The notes beneath the pieces were generated by a model. That model had not been told where the DNA came from, did no database searches, and saw only the letters and a list, made by a program, of their open reading frames with translations. Shown in pieces: positions 28,500-40,400 of a stretch of DNA of 64,000 bases (positions are counted from its first letter, which is position 1; every line of letters starts with the position of its first letter). This stretch comes from Podarcis melisellensis (taxonomy: Eukaryota), in assembly GCA_964234715.1 (NCBI GenBank), contig OZ174282.1, one strand, 5' to 3'. The translations under genes were made by a program, and so were the position numbers.

Positions 28500-31400
28500 A
28501 TGTTCCTTTATAACCTAACTCTGCAGCGAGCCACCGGGATCAGTTATGCCATCCATGGCAACTTTTCAGGTACTCAGTTCTGACTGAAAGCTTAGATGAA
28601 AGGTGAAAGCAAAGTCTGGTTAAATTAGACATAGCATGTATTTCTGCTGAAGTTGTATACCTGCAATTTTGTTTAGAATGGCAGAGATACTATTTCAGGA
28701 TTCTTATAGAATATGGGATCTCAACTTTGTCATATTTTTCTGGGCCAAATAAACTAAGTTTTCTGAACCTCTTCAGACATCAGGCAGTGGTTAGGCTTGC
28801 AACGTTCACTTTTCTCCTTGGCTTATCAAAAGGCAAGGAAGGGCAAGGTTAAGTGGCCACACATCATGTATATGGATAGCAGAGCAATATGCTTTTGAAA
28901 AGTAAGCAACTTGTCTGCTGACCTCCAATTCTGATTCAAGATTTGGCATTCTGATTTCTGGTCTGCATCACAATTTCAGGACAACTACTTATGTGTTCTC
29001 TCTGTAAAAAGTGGTCACAACTCAGGTAGGGAAAACAAACCTACAAGGCACTTTTGAACTTGTAAGCAGCAATAGGAGGTTTGATAGAGAAGTGCTGATG
29101 CTTTGGCCATCTTCCTCTTTGGCTGATGATCAGGTTTTTCTTTTCTTTTTAGGTACCAAACAACAAGAAATTGTTGTTTCTCGAGGCAAAATCTTGGAGT
29201 TGCTTCGTCCTGATCCGAACACAGGAAAAGTTCATACTTTGCTGACAGTGGAAGTCTTTGGAATCATTCGCTCTCTCATGGCCTTCAGATTAACTGGTGG
29301 AACCAAAGACTACATTGTGGTGGGCAGTGATTCAGGTCGCATTGTTATCTTGGAATATCAGCCCTCAAAAAATGTGTTTGAGAAGATTCACCAGGAAACC
29401 TTTGGCAAGAGTGGATGTCGCAGAATTGTTCCTGGACAGTATTTGGCTGTGGATCCTAAGGGGCGAGCTGTCATGATCAGTAAGTTGGGATGGTTGTTTT
29501 CAGTGGTAGCTGTATAATACTGTTGAGTAACTGAATGGGAGAAATGATTTGGATAAGAAACATTGGTTGGTTTTTCTATTCTTGGTCTAGGTTTTGAAAC
29601 CCCTCCAATCAAAAGTGCTTTTATTGGCGATCCCAGTGCAACTAGATCTGTGTTGCAAATGGGAACTGAGAAGTTGTGAGTTTCCTTAGGCCATCTAAAT
29701 GAGTTTGTGGTTGAGTTGATATTTAGACCAGGGTTTCCCACTTTATACTCTTAGCCACTCCAGCTAGATTTACTCTCAGCCAATCAGGGTGATTCCATGT
29801 TACGAAGAATTTGTTGGAATGCAGCATAATTCAAAATACTTCCCTTCTATGCATTTGGTACTTGATGTGGTTATGTGTATGACTGCTGAAAACTGAACTA
29901 GAAATAGAGCTAAGTTTGCTTAATGGGATGTAAGTGGAGCCTTCTGTGGGTGTCAGTTTGAAGAAAAGCACTTAAGCCCCATATAACTGGTGCAACAGTT
30001 TTCTCTTCCCTGAAGTGATGATTAGGAATTCATGTCTCTTCTCTGACATAAGACGTGGAGACATTTGGATCTAATTCTGATCAGGTTCTCATCATAAATG
30101 CCCATTTTCTTATGCATGCATCATGCCATTTTTTTAAAGCTGAAATGTAATTTTGGGGTTTGATACAAATCTTAGTAGCTAAAGTAGATCTGTAAAAACA
30201 TTGAATGTTGAGCATGGTTTTCTAATTGTTTACCATCCTGTGATGTGAAAAAAGTTGTCTTCAGGTGAGCCTCCACTGCCATGGCTATAAGATCATATGC
30301 AGCTACCTTAACGCCACTTTTCCTTTATATGGGGCTGCACTATGACAATGGCAGTTATGGCTCTTGTAGTCCAGAAGAGGATGGGTGTGCGAAACCCAAT
30401 CCTGCTGTGGTTCAACTTCTAATGTTAAACTGGTTTAGTGTTACATCTGAATGCAACTACTGGTTCTTCCAACAGGAAAGTAGCAGGGGAAAACTGCTGT
30501 GTCTTGAGAGGGCTGCAAGGCCTGCTTATGCAAAAGTAGGGATTGGGCACCTTAAGCATTAAAGTGCAGACATCATCTGCTTCTGTAATCCTAATGTTCT
30601 CTCTGTCTAATCTCTTCATAGGTGCCATTGAGAAGCAGAAGCTAGTGTACATTCTGAACAGGGATGCTGCAGCCCGACTCACAATTTCTTCCCCATTAGA
30701 AGCGCATAAAGCCAACACCTTGGTTTACCATGTAGTTGGAGTAGATGTGGGGTTTGAAAATCCCATGTTTGCCTGTCTGGAAATGGATTATGAGGTATTG
30801 GGGAATTCGTCTCTCTGGTGACTTCCCTGCTCAACTGTGTGTCTCTTTTTAAAAAATGCAACTAACCTTGTTGACTCCTTTGTCAACAAAGTCAACTGTC
30901 CATCTTCAAGTTCTCCAATATGCTTAGTATGCCCTTCTTATAAATAAGCTGTCTTTCATCGTATTCTCCATAATACAGCAAAATAGAGATTTCTCTGGAT
31001 GGCGTGGAGGAGGCCTCCAGTGCAACCATGGGTTAGGTCCCCACTATCAGAGTTAGGCAAGTCACATGACTGAGTACATAAACAGATCAGAAGGGCAAGG
31101 AGGGAAACAGGCCTTGGTGGGCAAGCAAGCAATTGCAGAGAGCAAATGCTCTCCAAAGGTGTCCAAGTCCTTGACTTTGGGCTTAGAACACAGCTTACGA
31201 TCAGAGGACACCTCACCTGAATTTGTACTAGTATTTTGTTCTTAGTGGCATATTAATAGCAACAACAGTATTACTATTTGTTGTGTATATAGTGTCATTT
31301 ATGCACCGGTATGATATATTCCTGTAACCTAAGAGATTTCTGTTCTAAAACAGACACAGGGAAACAGTAGAGGAATTGGGGAGGCAGGTGAAGAATGTGT

Positions 31401-34400
31401 GTTTGTTAATTATGTCAGCTCTGGATACATGTGGGACTGGCACTGTAAGACAGGAGTTGCATGGATGTCTGTTGAAGTGCTTTGCAGTGTTTTTATTGGT
31501 TAGTTTGATTATAAGTTTATATTAGAGGTCTCTGTACTGCCCTTCACCAAAATAGTCACAGGGTGGTTTACAAAGAACAAAACATAATTTTATTTTTTAT
31601 AAGTAATTCTTATATATTATGTTCCATTGATTTTGTGGCAATAGGGTCAGTTGCTGCACCAGATAAACAGGCAGGTGGCAGACTGAATAATCCGTTTCTG
31701 AACTATTGGATATTTTAATTTTTTATTCCTGGCAGTTTTTGTTTCGGGACCTTCACTTACAGTGCAGGCAAACCTTTTCAGTCTGCTTTATTACTCTTAA
31801 TTTTTTCATTTTATTATGAACATTTATATAGTATTCTTCAGTTGAAATTTCCAGGACAGCTTACGCTAAAAATGCATCTAAAAGTATGTTCTCTTACGAG
31901 GCAGAGTATGACACTAATTTATTGTTGGTACATGTATTGTTTTCCACAGGAAGCTGACAATGACCCCACAGGAGAAGCGGCAGCCAACACCCAGCAAACC
32001 TTGACATTTTATGAGTTAGATCTGGGTTTGAACCATGTTGTCAGGAAATACAGTGAACCCTTGGAAGAACATGGCAACTTCCTCATTACAGGTACTGCTA
32101 CCATTTCCGTCCTTTTAGGGAAAAGGCTTTATCCTAAGATGTCAGAAAGAGAACTGCTTGAGACAAATGCACATTTTCTGTAGGCTCAAGCCATACTTGA
32201 TGAATGAAAATTAGATATCCTTGATAGTTGCTTTTGTGCCATGCTTTACAAAAGTGAAACAAGTATTTCCACTCTATGCTCTACACTGGAAACCTAAAGT
32301 AGGTTAAAAAGTGGAGACCTCTGTTAGTAGGCAGAAATCATCAGATTCATGAAAGCTCACCATGTGTAACCCTCTCACTCCTGTGCTTTTCTTTGCTACC
32401 CTGATGATTGTCTGCACCTTAGCCCAAACCATGACATTTGTCTTACTGCAGCAGACATTCGAACACGAATACATTGCCACCAAGTAGTCTGGCAGCCAGG
32501 CCAATACTGGACAGGGCAGGATTGCCCGGAGGGCCAGCCAGAGTAGGAAAGCTGGCTTGCCAGCCAGTTGGGTAACACTGGATATTTGCAAGTCCCTTCT
32601 TGCTTTCTCTTCCTCTGCTTGAACACAGACCCCTCTTCAGCCTGAAAATGGTGGCAAACTTGTGCAGTTTTTTCTCAAGTGTACCTTGGGTAAACCAGTT
32701 CCACAAGAACCAGACGAAACTATAGATGGAGCTGCTCTTCTTCAGCTTCTTACGACATGTTTCTTTTATTTGTCAGTCCCTGGAGGTTCTGATGGTCCCA
32801 GTGGAGTGCTGATTTGTTCTGAAAACTACATCACCTACAAAAATTTTGGTGACCAACCAGATATCCGATGTCCCATTCCCAGGAGAAGGGTAAGGATCTT
32901 GTAGCCTTTTTCACCCTAAAGGAATATCCCAGTAGCATTCTCTGGGCAGCTGAAAAAATGGTTCACCTTTCAAGTTTGGCCAGAAAACGCAGCATTTGTA
33001 TGAAGATGAATGCATTATTAACAAAGCTGTGTAGGCTCCATTGAGGTCCTTAGTGAACTTGGGCTTCCATGGAGTGGGGAGTGGGTCTTCCCATGCCACA
33101 CCTTACTTGTTAACTCCTTTTCCATATCAGCTAGAAAGAGCTGGCAGCAAAAGGTTGACTTATGATTTTGCAAAATTCCCAAAATTCTCTCAATGCTTGC
33201 TAAGACTTTTAGGGACCATTAGGAATTTGAATCTATGTAACAATATATCTGAAGAGTCCACAAGGGACTGTGCTGCCTGAGCTAGGCAGGCAGGCCACCA
33301 TTGCCACCTCCAGCAGCTGTGCTGGTAGACTTTGCAATAATTGTGGATGAGGTTGCTCTAGAAAGTGCATGCTCCATCACCACTTTGTCATAACTGTGGG
33401 AAATACTCTTTTTGCTTTCATCACAGCAAAATGGCAGCAATGCAAGCACTTTGCAGGGTGATCTTGCCCACTGTGCCTTATTCTGAGCAAGGTGTGAGAT
33501 AGGCACCAAGGAGAGCATTTGGGTTATCCTTGCTTTATGGGAGGAAGGACCCAGTTGAATGGCTAGCAGTAGTGGCAGCTGGTGATGGAGGCAGGTCATT
33601 TGAGGGTAGGGGTGCCTAGTCTTCAGCCTGAGTTATGTGGTGTAGAGTGGCTCATTATAGGACCAGCCACAAAAATATTAATTTCCTAGTAGCTGAAACC
33701 ATTATGATAGAAATTATTACTTAAATATGGAAGTTCTGCTAATTGTAAACTGAAAGTGAAAACGCTGTTGTGGCTTGATGTGATGAGTTGATGTCTCTTC
33801 TCTGATGCTTATTGTGGAGATGGCATTTCTTTCTGATCAAGCATTTTTGGTGATTACGTACTTGGTGCTGTGCAGGATACAGAAGACACTGTCTAAAGGT
33901 TTTTAAATTTCAAATCTATATTAGACAGTCAAGAGACATTACTGAGAGAGGGCTGTACCTCCCATCTGGTGGAGTTGGGGTACAGTCTCCTTTGTTGCTT
34001 TAGCCGTCAGGCAGCAACTACAAATGGTCCTCTTTCAGAGGGTGTTTGAGACCCTTGAGCTGCAGTTTTAAGGTTCATGTTTTTGTTGCACTGCAAACCA
34101 TTGCTTTGTCTGTTCTTTTTGTTGGTAGTTTAATTTTATGTTTTAATGTTTACTTGTAAGGTCTCTTGAAGTGCTTTGACAAGAATTGGGAGATAGAATT
34201 AATTTAATAAATAGATCATGTTGGAAATTGATATTTGATGGGGTGGGGAGAGCTGGACCCAAGGATTGTGAGGTTTATAGCTCCTGCAAGGCCCAGTGAA
34301 AGAAGCAAGGGAAGTGGCTTGATAGAGGGCTCGGGAGCAGCATCCCAGAAGGGCCCAGCAAGGAGGACTAGCAGGAGAAGAACTTTCCCAGAATGGAAGG

Positions 34401-37400
34401 AAGCAGTGAGGGAGCCTGGCAAAGCTGCTATAAAGAGGGGTGATATTTGCAGTAGGAGGGAAGCCATTAACAGGTGATTTCTAGCTATGATTCCATTAGG
34501 GCAGCTTCTGCCTTTGAGTCTGACTTGCTCTTCCTTCTGGCAGAATGACTTGGATGACCCTGAAAGAGGCATGATTTTTGTCTGCTCTGCTACACACAAG
34601 ACCAAGTCTATGTTCTTCTTCTTGGCTCAGACTGAGCAGGGTGACATCTTCAAAATCACCTTGGAGACTGATGAGGACATGGTACGTCTCCTGCTGTATT
34701 CATGAATGTTTGCTTGTGTGTGTGAGAGAGAGAGAGAGGGGGGAAATGTTTGCTTGTGTGTGAGGGGGAGAGAGGGAGGAAGAATGGGTGATGTGTGAAC
34801 TTTCACATCTAGATCAAGCAGTAAATCATTTGTGGTGGTTTCAGGTAACAGAAATTCGACTCAAGTACTTTGATACAGTTCCTGTCGCTGCTGCCATGTG
34901 TGTTCTGAAAACTGGGTTCCTCTTTGTGGCTTCTGAGTTTGGAAACCAGTAAGTAAAATCTCCGACTTCTTTCTGAAGGGTTGCTGAATTTTTATGCTTG
35001 ATACTGCTGTTGATGTTCTGCAAAGCACACATGCAGTTTTGGCTACCTTCTCCAAATCTGGAAATTGTTCAGGTTGTGGCTGAATCTCAGACCCTTGCAA
35101 CCAACCACAGGTATGGCCTGCCTGCTTGGTTTCATCTTGCCAATTTCATCAAGGAGTGTGTCAGTGTCCTGTTTTCAGAATCTTACAGCAAGCATGGGTG
35201 TTGTGGGTTATTATGTCAGGATAAAATTTTGGATTTGTTTAGCCAGTGAGGCCCAAACACATCTATACACATATAGCTCATGGTGTGATATTTCATTCAC
35301 AGAAAGAGAGAAAGGATCTGGGCAGAGAGCGTATCGTATTGTTTGCCTTTTCTACAGATAGACCAGGGCTAGTCAACCTTTTTATACCTACCGCCCACTA
35401 ATGCATCTTTCTTGATGGTAAAATTTCCTCACCGCCCACCAGTGCTCGATGGAAGGTGGATTCAGCTCATCCCGTAGAACCCCCTCTCGCTCACCTAGAA
35501 CCTTGAAACGCCCACTAGTGGGCAGTAGGGACCAGGTTCACAACTCCTGAGATAGACAAATAAGGATGTGAAGATGTGTCTTAAACTTGGCCCCTCAGCT
35601 ACTCTCCTTTGTCCTCAAAGTGTTTTCTTCAGCAAGCAGCCCTACATCTTGGACATAATTGAAATAGCAAAGCCTGGGGTGGGGAGGAAACGGTCCAGTT
35701 TCATCAGAAGTGGCCCTCCTAGTGTCTCCCTCTTCTCTTTGCAGCTACCTCTACCAGATAGCTCATCTGGGGGATGATGATGAGGAGCCAGAGTTCTCCT
35801 CTGCCATGCCCTTGGAGGAAGGAGACACATTCTTTTTCCAGCCTCGGCCTCTCAAGAACTTGGTGCTGGTGGATGAACTGGACAGCCTGTCTCCCATCTT
35901 GTGTTGTCAGGTATGCTGTGTGCTTTGTCCCATAGCTTGTGACAAGCTGCTGGGTTCTGTGTTGACCTCTGATGCTGGACATTGCATAGCCCTCTAGACC
36001 TTGAGAAGAATTCCAAATATGGTATAAGTTTCCAAAACTCCTTTAGATCAGAAACACAAAGCAGGTGAGTTAGTTCTTTGTCATGTTTGTATTTCACTTT
36101 TCCACAGAGTTGCTTAGCGCAACATGCCTGTCCCTCCTCTTCCCACCATTTATTTTCACAGCTGCTACTTTGGGTTGTAGGTTAGGAGGTGATACCCCTA
36201 TGAGAGAGTGTCTGACTTGGTGGAAGTTGTACCCAGTGCACTGCACTCTTCTGAATTTTGCCACTTTTAATTTTGCACGGGATTTGTTAGGGGCCCAGGA
36301 CTTAACACTTTATGCACCCCCAATAGTTTGCAAAGTGGGCTAGCATAATATTTTCTTAAGTTGAGCCAGCTGTAGGTCACTGTGCAGCATTTTTACAGAA
36401 GTGACTATCTGAAGGGAGGGAATTCTGTCAGGAGAGAGCCCACTCCCAGTGGGAGCAGTCAGAATTTTTTTAAAAAAATTTAAAAGGTGAAATTTGGGAG
36501 AGGGATGGCTTGAAGGCCACATTTTTTTTGCCAATCCTGCATGACAGTGGGGGATCTATGGAAGCAGTTGGTTTTTTTAAAAAAGGCCTAAAATATTGGA
36601 GGTCTTGAGTGGAAACAAAAACCCTTTGGGGGAGCCACTTGCGGCACCTGATTTATAAAAAGGTAATTTTATACAAAACACCAAAATGTAAATTAATACT
36701 TTAAAATACCTCACAAAACTGCAAGCCTTTCAAAAAACCTACATAATTGGCAAACCAAAGTTAATGGACTATGCTGAAATGTAAAACTAACTGGAAAGCT
36801 CAGAAATCAAGACAACAAGAAATTTAAAAAAGAATGGGAAATGTTTATTATGTATTTGCAAAAGTATTGTAAACAGGTTAATACGTTGGCAGGATTTTAA
36901 AAACACTTGAAATTTAAGAAATAGTACAGGAAATCTGAGGTTAAAAAAAATAATTTGGAGTAGAAATGATAATGCAGCTGAAAAGAAAACTTAAGGAATG
37001 GGGGGTGGGGAGTCACAGGTTTCGGAGAATCCCATTTTATTGATTTGATATTGTTTATGTATTTATTTTTTGTTTGTGGTTATTGTATTTGTTATTATGT
37101 GTTGTTGTTTGTTATTTTTGTTGAAAATTTATTAAAAATATATATTAAAAAAGCCTAAATACAATTTTGAAGGGAAATCCGAAAAGTTGAAATCTGAAAA
37201 ACATGGAGTAAAAGGTTGGAAGATAAGCTCTTCCATAAAAGATCGCTCCAACTGTGAGACTAATTCAGGGGAATATCTTCCCCACTTGATGTCATTTGCC
37301 ATTAGTTATTAATGCAGATTACCAGTTTATCAAGTGGCAAATGTGAGAACCTTTGCCGCAATCACATATGTAAATGGGAGTAAAGTGTTGTAGCTCTACT

Positions 37401-40400
37401 TATGATGCTTCGAAAGTGATAACCATCTTAATCGAACAACCTGTCACCTTTCCTCTCTTATCCCTGCATCTTGGCTGCTTTCTGTGCAGATAGCTGATCT
37501 GGCTAATGAAGACACCCCTCAGTTATATGTGGCCTGTGGGAGGGGGCCTCGGTCGTCACTGAGGGTCCTTAGACATGGACTTGAGGTAAGAAGGGCAGGA
37601 CATGAAGAGCAAAGCCATTCTGGATCTTCCTCTTGGGTGAAACCTTTTTTGTTAGATGAGAATGGATTCACTGGTGTATTCTGAAGCTGAGTAGAGCTAG
37701 AACAGGCATAGGCAAACACTGCCCTCCAGATGTTTTTGAGACTACAATTCCCATCACCCCTGACCACTGGTCCTGTTAGCTAGGTACGATGGGAGTTGTA
37801 GACCCAAAACATCCGAGTTTGCCTATGCCTGGGCTAGAATGTCAGCCTAACTGATCTCACAGTTTGGTTAGATTTTAGAGCCAGGTGGGTGAATCACATT
37901 TGCTGCACTGTGTGAGAATGTCATAAGAAGTCATAAATAGCATGTGCATTGGGGATTTTGGAGAAATATACTGAGCTAGATTTTCCAGTGGTTGGGTTCA
38001 GTGTAAAACATTTTTATAGTGGTTGAAGGACAGAATAATTCTTTTGTTTTCTCCTGTGTAATAGTAATAATTAGGTCCTTTTTATTTGGTGGAGAAAAGC
38101 TCTGTTTTAAGCTTTTTAGCATTAATAAAATATGTCTTTCTCTAGGTATCTGAAATGGCCGTCTCAGAGTTGCCTGGTAACCCCAATGCTGTATGGACAG
38201 TGAGGAGGCATGTTGAAGGTAGGAGGTCTTCTGTGATGCAAATGCAGTGGTAAATGGCACGTTGAATTTCATTGTTCATCTACAAGTCACCTTACTTGGT
38301 TCAGCTGTCTTTGCCTGGAGAGCATCTACCTGCCTCAGGATTATGACTTTCATTCTTAAACTGGAGTAAACACAAATGTTTTGTGAAAATTGCACATACC
38401 AACTCGGAGAGAAAATCTGCCTGTTTGTAGGTTTTTAGGAGTCCCTCCCTGCTGAGAGCAGGAGCACTGACAATGCTGTTGCCCCTCTTGCTATGGATGT
38501 AGTGCATTCTGTTCAGTGATCTCTTGGCAGTGTTGCCTTTAAGCTCACTGCTGTGGCCTTTCTTGGTGTCTCTTAGTATATGATTATGATCTTTACCACT
38601 CATGGTGTTCCTTCAGCCTCCACCCCCGCCTTTCACTGGAATTGTCTTTGCCATACAGCCTTTGGTATCTTATGTGCTACTACGCCTTCTGTGTGTTCCT
38701 GGAATCTCTGCTGGGGCAGTGAACCTGGGCGGCTGTCCCGGGACATTCTGTCTTGGGGTGTATTATTGCAATAGAACCTGACCTGTCTGTGGAAGAAGAA
38801 GAGGCCTTAATGCACAATCCTAGGCTTATGGTGGTAACATGATTGTTTCGCTCAAAAGCTCCATGGACAGCACAATTATGACTCTTCATACTACATCATT
38901 TGCTTAATCATGAAAGAGTATTGTGCTTTTTTGGAATTAGGGGAAGTTGTAATGCCCTTCCTTGAAGGCATGTCTGAGAAATAACCAGGTACCCCTCCTG
39001 ACTTGCATTTGCCATTTGCTGAAGGCCCTTGCTCCTCATTTTGTATGTGTGTTGTTGTTGTTTTTCTTCTTCATATATTAATCTGTCCTCTGTGATGGAG
39101 TCAAAAGTGTGTATGGTCTTCAGACAGGACATCCGTGCTGTTCTCAGCTGTCTAGTTAGCACAGAACTTTGGAAAGCCAGGACCTGTTTTGATCAGCCTT
39201 TCTGTATTTTCAGCAGTTCAAGATTTGCTCTGAAAATGCTTTCCAGACCTGTCATTCACATGGCTGGTGGTCAGGAAAAAAAAAATGCCCCTGTGAGACT
39301 TTTCCCAGACAGCAGCTGGTTTTTCATGGAGTGGAATTTAGAATCTTAGAGTTGGAAGGGACCCAAGGGCCATCTAGTCTAACCCCCTGCAATCTCAGCT
39401 AAAGCGTCCATGGCAGATGGCCATCCAACTTGTTTCATGTGTGAAAATAAATTTATTATATGTGGACTTCAGTGCCTCATAAATGTTTGGGTGACCCAAG
39501 TGAGTCCCAGCTCTCACGTTACAGTGTGATTGAGTAGAATACATTGGTCAGGAGGATAGCTTTACTGGTTCAGTTTCGCATCATGCACAAGGTTGTTTGA
39601 TGCACTTAGTATTTATTAATGGCTCCCTCTAACCAGGTGTGTGCCAGTTTTTGCCATGTAATGTGTTAATGAAATGGCTTGGTGTCTAAAAAATGCTAAG
39701 CCATGGTTTCTTAAACCATGGTTGGGTTGTACCCTGCCCAGTGGCTTAACTATGGTTTGTTTACTGCCAACAAGCCACAATTTGAAGCCGTGGGTTCTTG
39801 TTGGCTTTGGAACCTTGTTTAGTTTTTAATTACAGCTTGCTATTATGTATGAATCCACCACATTTCCTCAATCACTATTTCTTTGGCCATCTCACCACCT
39901 CCTCACTAAGCTACCAAGACATGTGGCAAGATCAGCTTGAAAAGAAACCAAACTTGGGAAAAGAAAGCCATGGTTTGTTTTATTATCTGTGGTACAACTT
40001 GTGCCATATACATGGTCAAACAAACAATGACTTCACTTTGTGTGCAAACCAGGCCAGTAGTACAAAACTGACTTGGTCATAATGTGGTAATCCTGCCTGT
40101 GTCTGGCTTGTGCTTCTGAAGTTCTGCATTCTCTCATGTTACATGTGTACCATATGAACCCCTTCCAAGCAAAAACTAACCTTGGCTGGTATGTGGTCCC
40201 TGCTACTACCAATACCAAGCCTTCTTTTTTCTTCCACAGGTGGCTGGTGGTGGAGGTGCTGATCCCCTCCCACAGGTGTGTACCTACAGCCAGGGGCTGT
40301 AATTGGAGGGGGGAGGAAGAGGCACAACCTTGAGGCTCTTTTTAAATTACTTTTCTTGCAAACACCTCTTTCAGCAAACTATGTAAGAAGTCAGTATCCA

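Noticed and set aside
39560-40075. Repeated AACCATGGTT/AAGCCATGGTT motifs as a regulatory array
   Set aside because: The pattern is more consistent with an old degraded DNA-transposon remnant; boundaries and TSD could not be defined.
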